Shown here piece by piece: positions 37,967-50,762 of a DNA stretch of 64,000 nucleotides. How positions within the stretch are numbered: the first letter of the stretch is position 1; every line of letters begins with the position of its first letter. This stretch comes from Cycas panzhihuaensis. Its lineage: Eukaryota > Plantae > Cycadophyta. The stretch lies in contig CM041465.1 of the NCBI GenBank assembly GCA_023213395.1, forward strand, positions 215,333,741 to 215,397,740, written 5' to 3'. The notes under the pieces were generated by a model. It saw only the letters and a list, made by a program, of their open reading frames with translations. It did no database searches and was not told the origin of the DNA. A program made the position numbers and the translations under genes.

Positions 37967-39054
37967 TGATCTAATTTCTAGATCTAATAATAAAAAATAC
38001 CCTTCAAAAATAAGTATAAAAACATCTAGTAATATTCATCTTCATGTTTCCAACCTTCATTTGATGAAAACATGTTATTTAGACTCTTAAAAATTGAAAA
38101 AATTACATTCTGGTACAACCTATTGAATAGTTAGTACAATTAGCCAATGTGACCAGACGACCAACTGGTGCAATCAAACCACTAGGAGGTGTGACCAAAC
38201 CACCAGTCAGTGTGACTAGACCCAACTCAGGTGCATCATAAAAATGATAAATAAATATAAAAATAGATTTTTGATGGAGGAAAAAGATTCTGTTTGGCAC
38301 GAAAATTTAGGAGGACATTCATACAAGTGTCCTCTATGTAATAGGGGAAAGAAAACAAAGGTTTAAATAGATTTAAATCAATTTTCAATCAATCAAAATG
38401 TAGGTTGAAAACTAAAATGGAAAAAAAAAAAATAGAAATGGAATAAACATGGCAAGGTTTTAAATCTACCCAGATCTATCTAAAAATTAAGGGAAGGATG
38501 CCCAACAATTGTAGACATAACATAGGAGTAAGAAAGGTGGGTAGAAATTTCTAGATAGTTGTCCAAAATACAGTTTTACTCAAAAACATAACTATGTGAG
38601 GAATGAAGGAGAAATAAATGTGCGACAGAGAAAAATAAGTCAAAAGGAGCATTAGGAAGTGCCCAAATTCATCCATGAGGAATTGGAGAGTCCAAGGAAG
38701 ACTCATATGCAGCCAAAGGAGGAAAAAAACTAGTCATAGTAGTCCAAGGAAGATGCTTAGGTAAAAATCTTCTTCAAAAAAGGATTTATGGATAAGCAAC
38801 AACCAAATCTCCATACTAGAATCACTGGTAGAGGTACCAAAGAGTGTGTAGTAGCCCCAGATATTCCCAACATACATTCCTTCACTCCCAAATTTCTATA
38901 GCAATCTTATTTATGTGTAATAGGATGCAAAAACAATAGAATATTGTAAAAAAAATAAAATATTTTCAAATATAATATATCATTATTATATATTATTCCT
39001 GAATTTATTTCAATTGGACTAAGTCTTCACTTTTCCATTTAAATTCAGTCAATA
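37967..39054 (+). repeat. 5' LTR of the CRM-like element
   Basis: Colinear with 43769-44920. Contains 4 copies of a 21-bp repeat. Confidence 0.88.
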
Positions 39055-39259
39055 TTTTTGGTATCTGAGCTTAGTTTCTTAAAACCCTTTGGAATTTAGG
39101 GATTTTTAAAGAAAAAGAGAAGAAAAAACTCTTTGTTTTACTATGAGAAAAGATTTTATGAAAACTAAGTTTTAATACCAATTGACTAGTGAGCCTTTGA
39201 CTAAATCACTTAAGAAAGAGCATAGACAGTGAAGGAAGATGGCTAAACTAGAGCAAGAG

Positions 39260-42200
39260 ATGGAGAAAAGATTCATGAATATGGAGCAAAACCTCAATAA
39301 GCTAACTTAGCTTATGGCATAGCTAATGTCTTAGTAAGGTGCATCTTCTTTAACATCCAAAGGCAAGAATAAAGAAGAAGAGGAACTAGTAAAAGAAGAG
39401 ATAAGTGAAGAACCTGTAGAAGACCACCAAGTTGAGGAAGACAGAGATAATAGTCTATCAATGGTAGTGCATCCATTTAAGGTAGAGACAAAACTTGAAT
39501 TGTCCATCTATGATGGAATCTTAGATGCTAAAAAGTTATATGGTTGATTGGACCAATTAGAAACTTATTTTTCAATTTATAGGTATAAAAACTAGCAAAA
39601 AAACACTTTTCCTAGGTTAAAATAATCCAAGCATGCATTAGTTTAGTGGAATGCATACCTCAAATTCAATAATATGGCTGAAATCACATGTAAATGATTT
39701 AAAGTCTTCATAAAGAAGCAATTCTATCTATTAGGTATGAAGAGCAACATAGGATTAAATGGCTATATTATCGACAGGAAAGAGGCCAAAATGTCCAAGA
39801 ATACACAACAAAATTTTAAAAGTAAGCTGTTATGTTAGGCATGTCTTTGCTTGGCAAAGACATAATGCTAAAATATATCAGTGGACTACATCAACATATT
39901 TAGCAAGAACTTTAATTGTTTAAAGTTAAATCTCTTAATGAAGCCAGCAAGAAAGTGATTACCATAGAGAAGAGGAACAAGAAGATTTACATTGAAAGGA
40001 AAAGGTTTGCACCTCTAGAAGATATCAACAAACCTATCCAAGGAAAGAAGTTTCTAGGGAAAATTAGGCAGCAATTGATTGGAGGTTTTGGTAAGAAGAA
40101 GCAAGCCAATATCACTCAAATCAAAGTCTTTTACGCACATTGCAAATGAGCTAATCAAAGCATAGAGGATTGTTGGTTCCTACATCCAGAGAAGTGACCC
40201 AAGAACAAGGGAAAAGGTAAAGCCAAAGCTAAAGGTAAAGCTTTACTTAACTCTATAAGAGATGAAGATGTTTGTGACACTAAAGAAGCCAATGAAAAGT
40301 TGATGCTCATGGCTAATGCAGAGTCCAAAAATAGCTTACAACAAGTTGATCTAGATATTAGAGAGGATCTCTTCATGGTAACAATCCAAATGAAGCAAAG
40401 TATGGTTGATACCATCTTTGATGGAGGAAGCCAAAAGAATTTAATCTCAAAAGTGTTGATGAAAAAGATGGGATTAAAAATGCATGTACATCCAAAACCA
40501 TATCCTCTTGGATGGATGCAAAAAGATTTATAGTTATAGGTCACTCACTAATATAAGTTAAAATTTACAATTTCTAAAAAAATCATTGATGTTGAATATG
40601 AGGTAGTTCCTTTCGACATTTGTCAAGTTATGTTTGGTAGCCCATTTCTCTATGATAGAGATGGAGTCCATCATAAGAGGCTGAGAAAGATTCAACTCAT
40701 CAAGGACAAGAAATCATATTTGATCAATACATCAAATCCAGAAAGGAAGATCTCCCTTATATCATCCCAATAAGCAAAAAGATTGATTAATGCTTATGGA
40801 AAATTCGTTCTACTGATGGTGAAATATAAGGTAGAAGATAAGGAATAAGCATAGTCCTAAGTGTAGGCACTAGATAAGAAACAGTTGCAGTAGATTAAAG
40901 GCCTAAGGAATAGGTACAACTACATATTCCAGGATCCAAAAGGGATACCCCCTAAGAGGGAAATTGAGCATGAAATCTAGTTGATTGTTGATTCACCTTT
41001 TTCCAATCTTAGTCTCTACCATAACTCAGTGTTGGAGAATGAATAGATTAAGAAGTAGATTCAAGAACTTTTGGAGCAAGAAGTGATTAAGCTAAGTTGT
41101 TCCCCTTATGGTTCACCTATTATTTTTGTGCTAAAGAAACATGGAGGATGGAGAATATACATTAAAAACTAGGCTTTGAACAAGATCACCATAAAGGATC
41201 AACATCCCCTACCATAAATAAATGACTTGTTATACCAATTGTAATTTGTAAGATATTTCAATAAGTTGGACCTAAAATTAGGCTACCATCAAGTTTGAAT
41301 CCAGGAGGAGGATACTTGGAAGATAGCCTTTAAATTAAAGTAAGGGTTGTTTGAATGGATGGTGATTCCCTTTGAGTTATGCAATGCACCTGTCACCTTC
41401 ATGAGGTTGATGAATGAGTTATTGAGACCCTTCATTGATGACTTTATAATTATCTATTTGGATGATATTCTAATTTTCAGTTAGACTTGGAAGGAGCACA
41501 TCCAACATATTGAGCAAGTGCTTAAAGTTCTTCAAGAGCAATAGTTGAAACTTAATCTAAAGAAGGACGAGTTTAGAAATCAATCTCTCATCTTCTTAGG
41601 TTTTGTAGCTAGAGGATGAGAATTGAAGATTGACTTAATGAAGATTAGAGTCATTCTCAATTGGCACACACCCAAGACAACCACAGAGGTAATAAGTTTC
41701 ATTAGTGCATGTCAATATTTAAGGAAATTTATTTTTAAATTATCTCAAATTACAATACCTCTTCATACATTGATGGGAGGACATGCAAAGTTCCTTTAGG
41801 GGGATGAATAAGAGAAAGCTTTTAGGCTTTTGAAGTAGAAATTTTTGTGAGGCACTAGTGTTAGCTTTACCCTCATTATAAAAGCCATTCGAGTTAGAGA
41901 TTGATACTTCAAGCTATCCCATGGGAGTAGTATTAAAGTAAGAGGGAAGACCGATAACATACAATTTACAAACTTTTAATGGAGCTATCATAAACTACCA
42001 AACTTATGATAAGGAGCTCTATGCATTGCACCAAGCAATCAAACATTGGAGACCTTACTTATTGAGAAAAGAGGTGGTCATCTACACTGACCACAAGCCT
42101 TTGTAATTCTTACAGATACAGTCTAAATTATAGTAGGCCAAGCACATGAAGTGGATGTCCTACTTGCAACAATTCCACATTATGGTCAAATACAAGAGAG

Positions 42201-43730
42201 GCATATCAAACAAAATTGTAGACTTGTTATCTAAACCTCCTCAATAGTAAGGTATTTATAGCTTTTTAGTAGGTATATAATTTCAATCTTTTTGCCATGA
42301 TGAATACATTGATTTGTACTTAGAAGATAAGGTATTTAAGCCTATCTTGGAATAGCTATAATAAGGAAATATAGTTGTTGATTTTTAGTTGAAAGATGGT
42401 CTACTTTTCAAGCATGACAAGTTTCGCATTCCAAAGCATGTAGACTGAATGAAGTGGATAAGAGAAGCTCACACCTCTCGAGTTGTAGGATATATTGGAG
42501 TGGAAAAAATATTGCTAAATTTGCAGTGATATATGTGACTATAATGATATAAGGATGTACATTGTGTAGCACAACAAAGCTAACCAATAGGGAGTTTGAA
42601 TTGCACACTCCACTTCCTGTTCCATCACAACCATAGGAGAGCATCTCTATAGATTTCCTTGAAAGACTACCATGAATAAAAAATGGTATAAATTATTTAT
42701 TTATTATTGTTAATTGATTCAGTAAAACGGTGTTGTTAATTCCCTATAGGAAGATACATACAAGAGAAGACATATCTAGATTATTTTTCCAACATGTTTA
42801 GAAGTATTTTAGGCTTCCCAACTTAATTATTTCTAATTGAGACAATAAAATTTTGAGCTATTTTTGGAAAACTCTTTGGAGAATGATGGATACGAAGCTG
42901 AAGATGAGCATGACCTTTCATCCTCAAATAGATGGCTAAATTGAATTCATCAATAGGATGTTGGTACAATTATTATAATGATACAATTCTAAGCATCCTA
43001 AGACTTGGGATAAAAGTCTCCCATACCTACAATTTACCTTCAACAGAGCTATTCATAGCTCAACTCAGAAATCACCATTTGATGTATGTTTAGGATTTCT
43101 ACTTGTAAGTCCATTTGATTTAGAATTTTTATCTCAACTTACTATAAGAAATGGAAAGGAGAAAGAAGGACAAGAGAAGGCACAAAGATTCTTAGAAAGA
43201 ATAAAAAAATTTCATTAACAGGTTGAGGAGTAGCTTCAAAATTCTTAGCAAAGATATAAACAAAATAAAGACATAATACACATAGAACTAACTATTTCTT
43301 CAAGGAAGGAGATTGAGTTTGGTTACATCTCAACAAGAAAAGATTGCAAGGTGAAGGTAAAAAGCCGAAGCTTGTACGTTATGGTATCTTTATAATCTTG
43401 AAGAAGATTGGGGAAAATGCTTTTTAGCTTGAACTTCCAAAATTTATGAAGATATATTTAGTCATGAATGTTGAGAATCTAAAGATGTTCAAGCCATCCA
43501 TGTTAGATGAAGATGAAGATGGAGTTTCACTTTTGCCAAATCTAAAAGAGTTGTGAGTAGAAAAATAAGAACTAATGCAAAATAATTACATTTTTTGAAA
43601 GAAGTAGATTAAGACTAGAAGAGGCATAATTGAGTCCTTTAGAATTACAGAGAAAGGACAAGTGCCTAGCAAAGCAAAATAGTAAAGCAGGGAAAAGGGA
43701 AGAAGAAAATTTCCTCATCTATATTTATAA
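39260..43730 (+). pseudogene. Gypsy gag-pol (Gag, PR, RT, RH, INT, C-terminal chromodomain-like tail)
   Basis: PR IFDGGSQKNLIS and HPKPYPLGW; [12 protein letters not shown] (~41452); RH YDKELYAL...YTDHKPL; [11 protein letters not shown]; tail KTRRGIIESFRITEKGQVPSKAK..FPHL. Many stops. Confidence 0.92.
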
Positions 43731-43768
43731 GGTTCATAAGGTCATGAACTCCTAAAAATTAGGAGTTC

Positions 43769-44920
43769 TGATCTAATCCTTTGAATCTAATAATCCAAAA
43801 TACTTTTTAAAAATGATTATAAAAACATATAGTACTATTTATCTTCATGTTTCCAACCTTAGTTTGATGAAAAAATGTTATTTAGACTCTTAAAAATTAA
43901 AAAACTCCATTCTGGTTCAATCTATCTAGCAATTCGTACAATAAATTAGTGTGATTAGACCACCAGACAATGTGACTAGACCACCAGGCAGTGCAACTAG
44001 ACCACTAGATGGTGTGACCATACCACCGGGGGGTGCGACCAAACCACTAAACGGTGAGACCAGACCACAAGTCAATGTGACAAGACCCAACTTAAGTGTG
44101 AATTGAAAATGGCATATGAATAGAAAATTAGATTTTTGACAGAGGAAAAAGATTCAATTTGGCACAAAAATTTATGATGGTATTCATAAAGTGTCCTCTA
44201 TATAATAGGAGAAAGAAAGTAAAGGTTTAAACATATTTAAATCAAATTTTAATTGATCAAAATGCAGGTTGAAAACTTAAATAGAAAAATAGTTTTTGGA
44301 AACAAAATGAACATGGTAGAGTTTTAAATATACCCAAATATGTCTAGAAATCAAGGGAAGGATGCCCAACAATTGTAGACATATCAAAGGAGTAAGAAAC
44401 ATAAGTAGAAAGCTCTAGACAGTTGCCCAAAATATAACTTTGCTAAAAAAAAAATGACTATGCGAGAAAGAGAGGAGAAATAGAGGTGTAGTAGAGAAAA
44501 ACGAGTCAAAAGGAGCATTAGGAAGTGTTTAGATTTATTTGTGAGGCATTGGAGAGTCCAAAGGAAGACTCTAAAATAGCCAAAGGAGGAAGAAAACTAG
44601 CCATAGTAGTCTAAGGAAGATGCCTAGGCAAAAATCTTCTCCAAAAAAGGGTTTGTGGCTTAAAAGTAGCCAAATCTCCATACTGGAATCATTGATAGAG
44701 GTACCAAAGAGTGTGTAGTATCCCAAAATAGACCTAGCACATATTCCTCCACTCCCAAATTATTGTAGTAGTTTTATTTATGCATAATAGGGTGTAAACC
44801 TAATAGAATGTTATAAGAAAATCAAAATATTTTCAAATATATATGTATCATTATTGTATATTATTCTTAAATTTGTTTCAATTGGACTAAGACTTCACTT
44901 TTCCATTCAAATTTGGATTA
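43769..44920 (+). repeat. 3' LTR of the CRM-like element
   Basis: Contains 7 copies of the 21-bp repeat. Confidence 0.88.
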
Positions 44921-47447
44921 GTGGATGTTATACGTACATCAAATTAGTTGTAACTAGATTAACGTAATTCATCTAATAAAGGAATGTTACAATGAATTCT
45001 AGTTTATGGTTATAAAAGATAAAGAATAAATATAAAAGGGCATTCAGGGTGTGTGTGTGAGTATACCTACTTTGTACAGAATATAATATACTCGCATATC
45101 TTATACTTGTTGTATATTATTTTAGAGACTGTGTACTTCTCTAAGTTACCTGTAGTTGTGAGAGGACCAAGAGCACCCTATCATAATGAATGATTATGGT
45201 TTTTTTCCTCATGGAATCATTATATTCAGAATGCTTAAATGAATGACATTTAGGCATCATTGCCTCTTATGCCTACTTATACATGTCGATAGGTAAAAAC
45301 ACACATTAGTTCCATTGTCATTTTGAACCAGGGATGATTATAATAGGGGGGACTAAGTAAAAACTTTGGGTCCTATTATATGCCACCCAAAGTAGAAGTT
45401 GAATGGCATTGTGATTGAGGGGAATATTGGGAAAGAGAAAGAATTCAAACAGGAATGTGCAGACCCATATTTATAATTACACTAAGCAAGCAAATGAAGA
45501 GATGACCATTTTCACACTCGACGGAGAGGAGAAAGATGAGAAATAAAGATGAGGTAAAGGAGCAAATTATGGGTGTAACAAAGACATAGAAAAAAGAAGA
45601 AAATTATTAGAGGTATACATTAGAAGAGGATCTCATAAAAGAAGAATTAGTGTAAGTAACATATATCGAAGGAAATGGTTAACAAGATTCTATAGAAGAA
45701 GAAAATTTACAAAAAGAAGAAATATTGACATTGAAAGAAAATTCCATTGCATTGGGAATATAATAAATCTTCTTTTTAAGCTACCAATGGAGAGTCCAAG
45801 TAGTAGCATGGGAGGCGTAATGGGTAGTAATACACAAATTGTAGGGGGATAAAGTAGGGTATCAAACATAGGAAATCAAGTGAGTACAACCCTATACATT
45901 ATTATACAAATTGATTCAATGTTTTCAAGCCTCCAATTTGATGGATCTATGGATCTAGGCAATCATCTAGCCTTATCCAAGAATATGATCTAAATCAAAA
46001 GAAATATGGGTCGGGGACAAGTAAAATCTCATTTTTTTTCAACGTTAAGAGGACCAATAGTTGTATGGTTTTAGTATATAGTAGCATAATAATTAAATTG
46101 GGGTCAATTGCAAGAGTAATTTTTAAGAGATCTAATAACCATTCTACAAGCATTGGAGGAGATTTGACAATATCCTGGGAATCTATTAATGATTTCAATG
46201 GAAGAATGAGAGTCATCATGAACAAGATATAGTTTGTGATATTAAGTAATCCCATGTTGGTAATGAAATATTTTGTACAAGGATTAATACCACAACTTAG
46301 AGATAAAGTGATGCTACATCCAATGAATAGTTACAAACAAGTAAGGGAGTTGGTACTAAAGTTTAAAAATTAGATGAAATCAGCCTACTCCCAGATGGCG
46401 ATGCAATCCTCAATATATATTTTAATAATAGGTATTGTCACACAACCTATAGAAATGCCATATATAGGTACCAATATAGAAATTAAAGCTTTAAGGAAGG
46501 AGGTAGAAGCATTAAAGTAGCAACTATCAGTTTCTATGCTAATTAATATACAACAAAATTAAGAGTTAGAGAAGCTACGCATAGAGTTATCATATTTACA
46601 GCTTGAAAAATCAAGAGAGAATATCTAGTGTCCCCCACCTTATAATCAGCAAGGGCACCTAAAAAATAAGAATGGAGGATTAATGAAATGGTATGATAAT
46701 TACTAAAGAAATAACCATAACACATGGGAATGTTATTTTAGACCCAAAAACAATGAAGGTGAAGTTCATAATATGTATTCACAAGGAATAGAATGTAGAA
46801 CATCAAAGTAATATAAAGGAAAAATGAGACCAATTCATTATTTTCTATGTCAAAGATAGGGACATTACAGATTAAATGTCCATTAGAAAATAAAGGAGGA
46901 GAATTCATTTGTAAAGAATATAGACCGATAGACCACGAATGGGTAAACTACCTAAAGAATAATAAAATTCAAAATACAAATTTGGTGGATGTGATTTTGG
47001 ACCATGAAAAGCCAACATATTTAGAAATGTATAGTGGTAGATCAACTAGACCTCCTCTTCAAGATAATTTTCCAGATCTAATAGTGGAGAAATAATGATT
47101 GCAAGAAGTAGTGAAAATCCTTCAAGATACCATATGGGAAGCATAACAAGAGAGATTTAAATGCCTATACTATAAGAGGAGAACAACACAACCATAAGAA
47201 GGTATGAATCCTTAGAAATGGTTGCAAGTATAACAGACATACTTACTAAATTAGGAGTATCAATTACTATGTGAGTTGTATTTAAATGGTGGGAAGGGAG
47301 GTACTTCCAGTAATTAGTACTGAAACAAATTAAAAAACTGGTACTTAGGGATAAAAAGAGTATAAGAGTAGACCTAAGAGTTATAATGATGGTCTTTTGA
47401 ATAACTTTGTATAAAATTGTTGTGGACAGGGGCTTGGGAGTGAATGT

Positions 47448-47770
47448 TATTGGAGTGTGTGATGCTAACTATCACAAGGAAGTCCTCTTCCCAAATCACC
47501 CTGGGGCTTTTGGTGTAACGACAACCTGTGATAAGTGGTATTAAAGTGACCAGGGTTCAAAATTGGTCTTGCATATCATGGTAGCGCACCTGAAGATACG
47601 TGAAGGTGTTAGGGATGGAACCAAAGAACAATGTGGTGGACATGCATACTGTGTAAGTATAACCAACTCCTCATGATGGGGGAGTGTTAGAGCGCATGAT
47701 ACTAACTATCACAAGGAAGTCCTCTTCCCAAATCACCTCAGGGATTTTTGTGTAACGACAACCCGTGACA
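47448..47770 (+). mobile_element. Complete 323-bp TRIM (terminal-repeat retrotransposon in miniature)
   Basis: 86-bp LTRs at 47448-47533 and 47685-47770 (13 differences). Decayed iMet PBS TGGTATTAAAGT at 47536. PPT GATGGGGGAG at 47675-47684. Perfect TSD AATGT. Confidence 0.93.
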
Positions 47771-47908
47771 AATGTATTATCTAAATCTTCATGGATAACC
47801 TTGGGAAGGCCCAATGTGGTTTCCCCTGATTATTCTATTAGATTAGCTAATCAATTATAGGTAAAGCCTATGGAAACATTATTGAATGTTCTACTAACTG
47901 TAGCAAAG

Positions 47909-50440
47909 TGATAGAGAGAGGGTTAGTAACATTTATATAAATTAATGAATTGACATTAGATTAATATATAAATAGCACTAAGTATTAATAAATACATAAC
48001 ACATAATATAGACAGGTGGAAAACCCCATTAAGGGATGAAAAACCACCTTAGAGAAATAAATATATATCAATAAAATACATATACATTATAGATTTTGAT
48101 GAGGATCTCATCCTATCTCTAAATCTTGGTTTAGGTTTAATAATCTCTTTAATGAAAGAAAACCTGGTCAGTGTCCAGTTTCTGTATGTACCATGAACAT
48201 CATACTAAGACATTAATACCTAACTACCTATGGACAACAAGCCAATAATCAAGTAGATAGACTAGCCACTAGGAATCTAGGAGGAGACTTTTAAGGAGAG
48301 AAAAGATTGTTGAAGTAAGGAGTTTGTTATTACAATAAACTTTACATAATTAAGTGTAAATATTAATAAGGTTAACAAAAGTAACATTATAATCTAACAT
48401 CCCCCTTTAATATTATCTTTTGTATAATAGAATATAAAAGATATGAGAAAGAAGATAGAAGAAGAATTCATCATGATGATCCCCCTTTAATGAAGAGTTC
48501 TTCGATCTTCAATAATTCTCGTAGTTTGTTAAATTTTACTGTTGATAATAGTTTTGTAAGAACGTCTATAATTTTTATATCTGTAGGACAATAAGACAAG
48601 TTAATAGTTTCATCATTTACAAGATTATATATAAAATGTTGATGTAATTCTATATGTTTTGTTCTAGAGTGAGTAACAAGATTAGTAGCAATATATATAG
48701 CACCTTGATTATTAACATTAATTTAAATGGATGAGTTAGAAAACAAATTAAGTTCTCTTAACAAGGATTTTATCCATAGTGCTTCTTTACTTTCCTCAAC
48801 AAGTACTTGATATTCAACTTCCATTGTAAACAAAGCTAATGTTTACATTTTCTTACTTAACCAAGTAATAAGGGAAAATCAAGAAAGAAAATGTAACTAA
48901 TAGTAGATTTTCTATTATCTGAGTTACCTGCCCAATTAGAATATGTGAATCTTGTTAATTTTAAGGTAGTAGTACAAACATTATATATTAGACCACAATA
49001 TATTATACTTGTAAGATATTGTAAGATATGCTTTGCTACTTTCCAATGTGATTCATGAGGTTTTTATATAAATCTAGAACACAAAGCAATAGTAAAAGAT
49101 ATATCTAGACAAGTATATATTAAATAAATTAAACTTCCTATTAATTGATGATATAAGGCAGAATCACATAATGGAGAAGGATAATTAGTTATTAATTTTA
49201 CGCATGATTGTAGAGATGTGGTAGTTGGCTTAACATTGTCTATATTAAATCTTTTTATTAATTCAATGATACATTTTGGTTGAGAAATAGTAATTTTTGA
49301 ATTTGATTGATAAATTTGCAGACCTAAAAAGTAGTGTAAGAGACCTAAGTCTAACATTTCAAACTTGTTCATTAAGATTGATTCTAATTTAAAAATTTTA
49401 GAGAGTAGGGATCTAGTTATTATGATATAATCTACTTAAAGAATTAGAATAGTGATATTCTTATCCTCTCTTTGAAAATAAAGATTAGAATCACCAATGC
49501 ATTTAGTATATCCATTTTGTAAAAGATAATCATAAATTTTAGTTTACCAAGCTTGAGGAGTTTATTTTAAACTGTATAATAATTTTTTTAGTTTATATAC
49601 TAAATTAGGATTGTCTATGAAACCATGAGATTATTTCATATAAATTTCTTCTTTAAGATCATTGTTTAAGAAAGAACTCTTGACATCCATTTGATGAATT
49701 TCCCAACCAAATTTTGTTGCAAAATCTATGATAGTTTTAATAGTATTCATTTTAGCTATGGGAGCAAAGATTTCAGTATAATCAATACCGTCAATTTGTA
49801 AAAACCCTTTTGCTACTAATCAAGCTTTATATTTTTCAACTGCTCCTTCAGAGTTGAACTTTATTCGATAAACCTCTTTACAATTGACCGCATTCTTTCT
49901 AGGAGGCAAAGTAACTAAATCCTAAGTTGAGATATTTTTTAGAGCATCTATTTCAACTTTCATGGCTTGTTGCTATATGGGATTGTTACTTGTTTGCTTA
50001 AAAGTTTTGGGATCATCATTGGCCATGACTTTATCTATTAGAGCAAAATTTGCTTGGAGTTTTTATGAACGAGTTCTTCTAGTGTCTAAAGGATTGCCAA
50101 CATTAGAACTAATATTAGAAAGAGTTTTCTAAGCCCAAGCAGGTTGTTTGCTATTATTGGTTTATTATTTTGGTGAAGTAGACTTACTAGAGGTAGTTGG
50201 TTCTTTTAAAGTCTAGTTTTAAACTTGAGTAGATAAGGACTCAATTGATTCAAGATCATATTAAATGTGATGGGGATCAATTAAGTGAGTTTTAGTTAAG
50301 AGGTTTTCAACTAGAAGTTCAACATAAGAAGTTTTTTATGAAGAGCCTTCTTCATTAAATATAACATCACGCAGTATTAAAATCTTATACATGATTGGAT
50401 TTAGAAGTTTGTAAGTTTTACTTTCCTTTCTACAAGATTA
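47909..50440 (-). mobile_element. 5'-truncated old Copia: 3' LTR, PPT, RH, RT and the end of INT
   Basis: LTR TGATAG...CTAACA at 47909-48399. TCCCCCTTT PPT at 48400. ORF 49064-49372 reads FEMLDLGLLHYFLGLQI...YHQLIGSLIYL. YKA*LVAKGF at ~49805-49832. Confidence 0.88.
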
Positions 50441-50762
50441 AATGATTGTAACCAAGTGTAACTTGAAAGAGCAAAAAATTGCAAGTAGGCATAACTAGGA
50501 ATAGTTAAATAATTACAACTAGATATGATTAGGAAGAGTAAAAGACTACAACTGGGTATAACTAGAAATAATAAAACAATTACAACTAGGCATAATTGGG
50601 AATAGAAAAAGACTATAACTAAGTGCAACTAAATAAGAAAAGATTACAAAGTTGTAACCTATGCCATAAAGAGTCACACAAAATGGTTGTAACTAAAAAG
50701 GTAAATATAGGATGCAACTAAGTACCAATGAGGTTAGTAGTAATTGAGAATATAATATGAAA

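Larger units (their letters stand above)
37967..44920 (+). mobile_element. Full-length degenerate chromovirus, CRM-like
   Basis: LTRs at 37967-~39054 and 43769-44920 with TGAT...ATTA(ATCA) termini. TSD GGGGA/GTGGA (4/5). PBS TGGTATCTGAGC at 39059-39070. Purine tract before 43769. Confidence 0.9.

Noticed and set aside
47479-47488. GGAAGTCCTC in the TRIM LTR matches the 3' part of 5S rRNA (Cassandra-like)
   Set aside because: Only 10 nt match. There is no A-box or intact C-box, and the LTR is too short for the Cassandra 5S domain.
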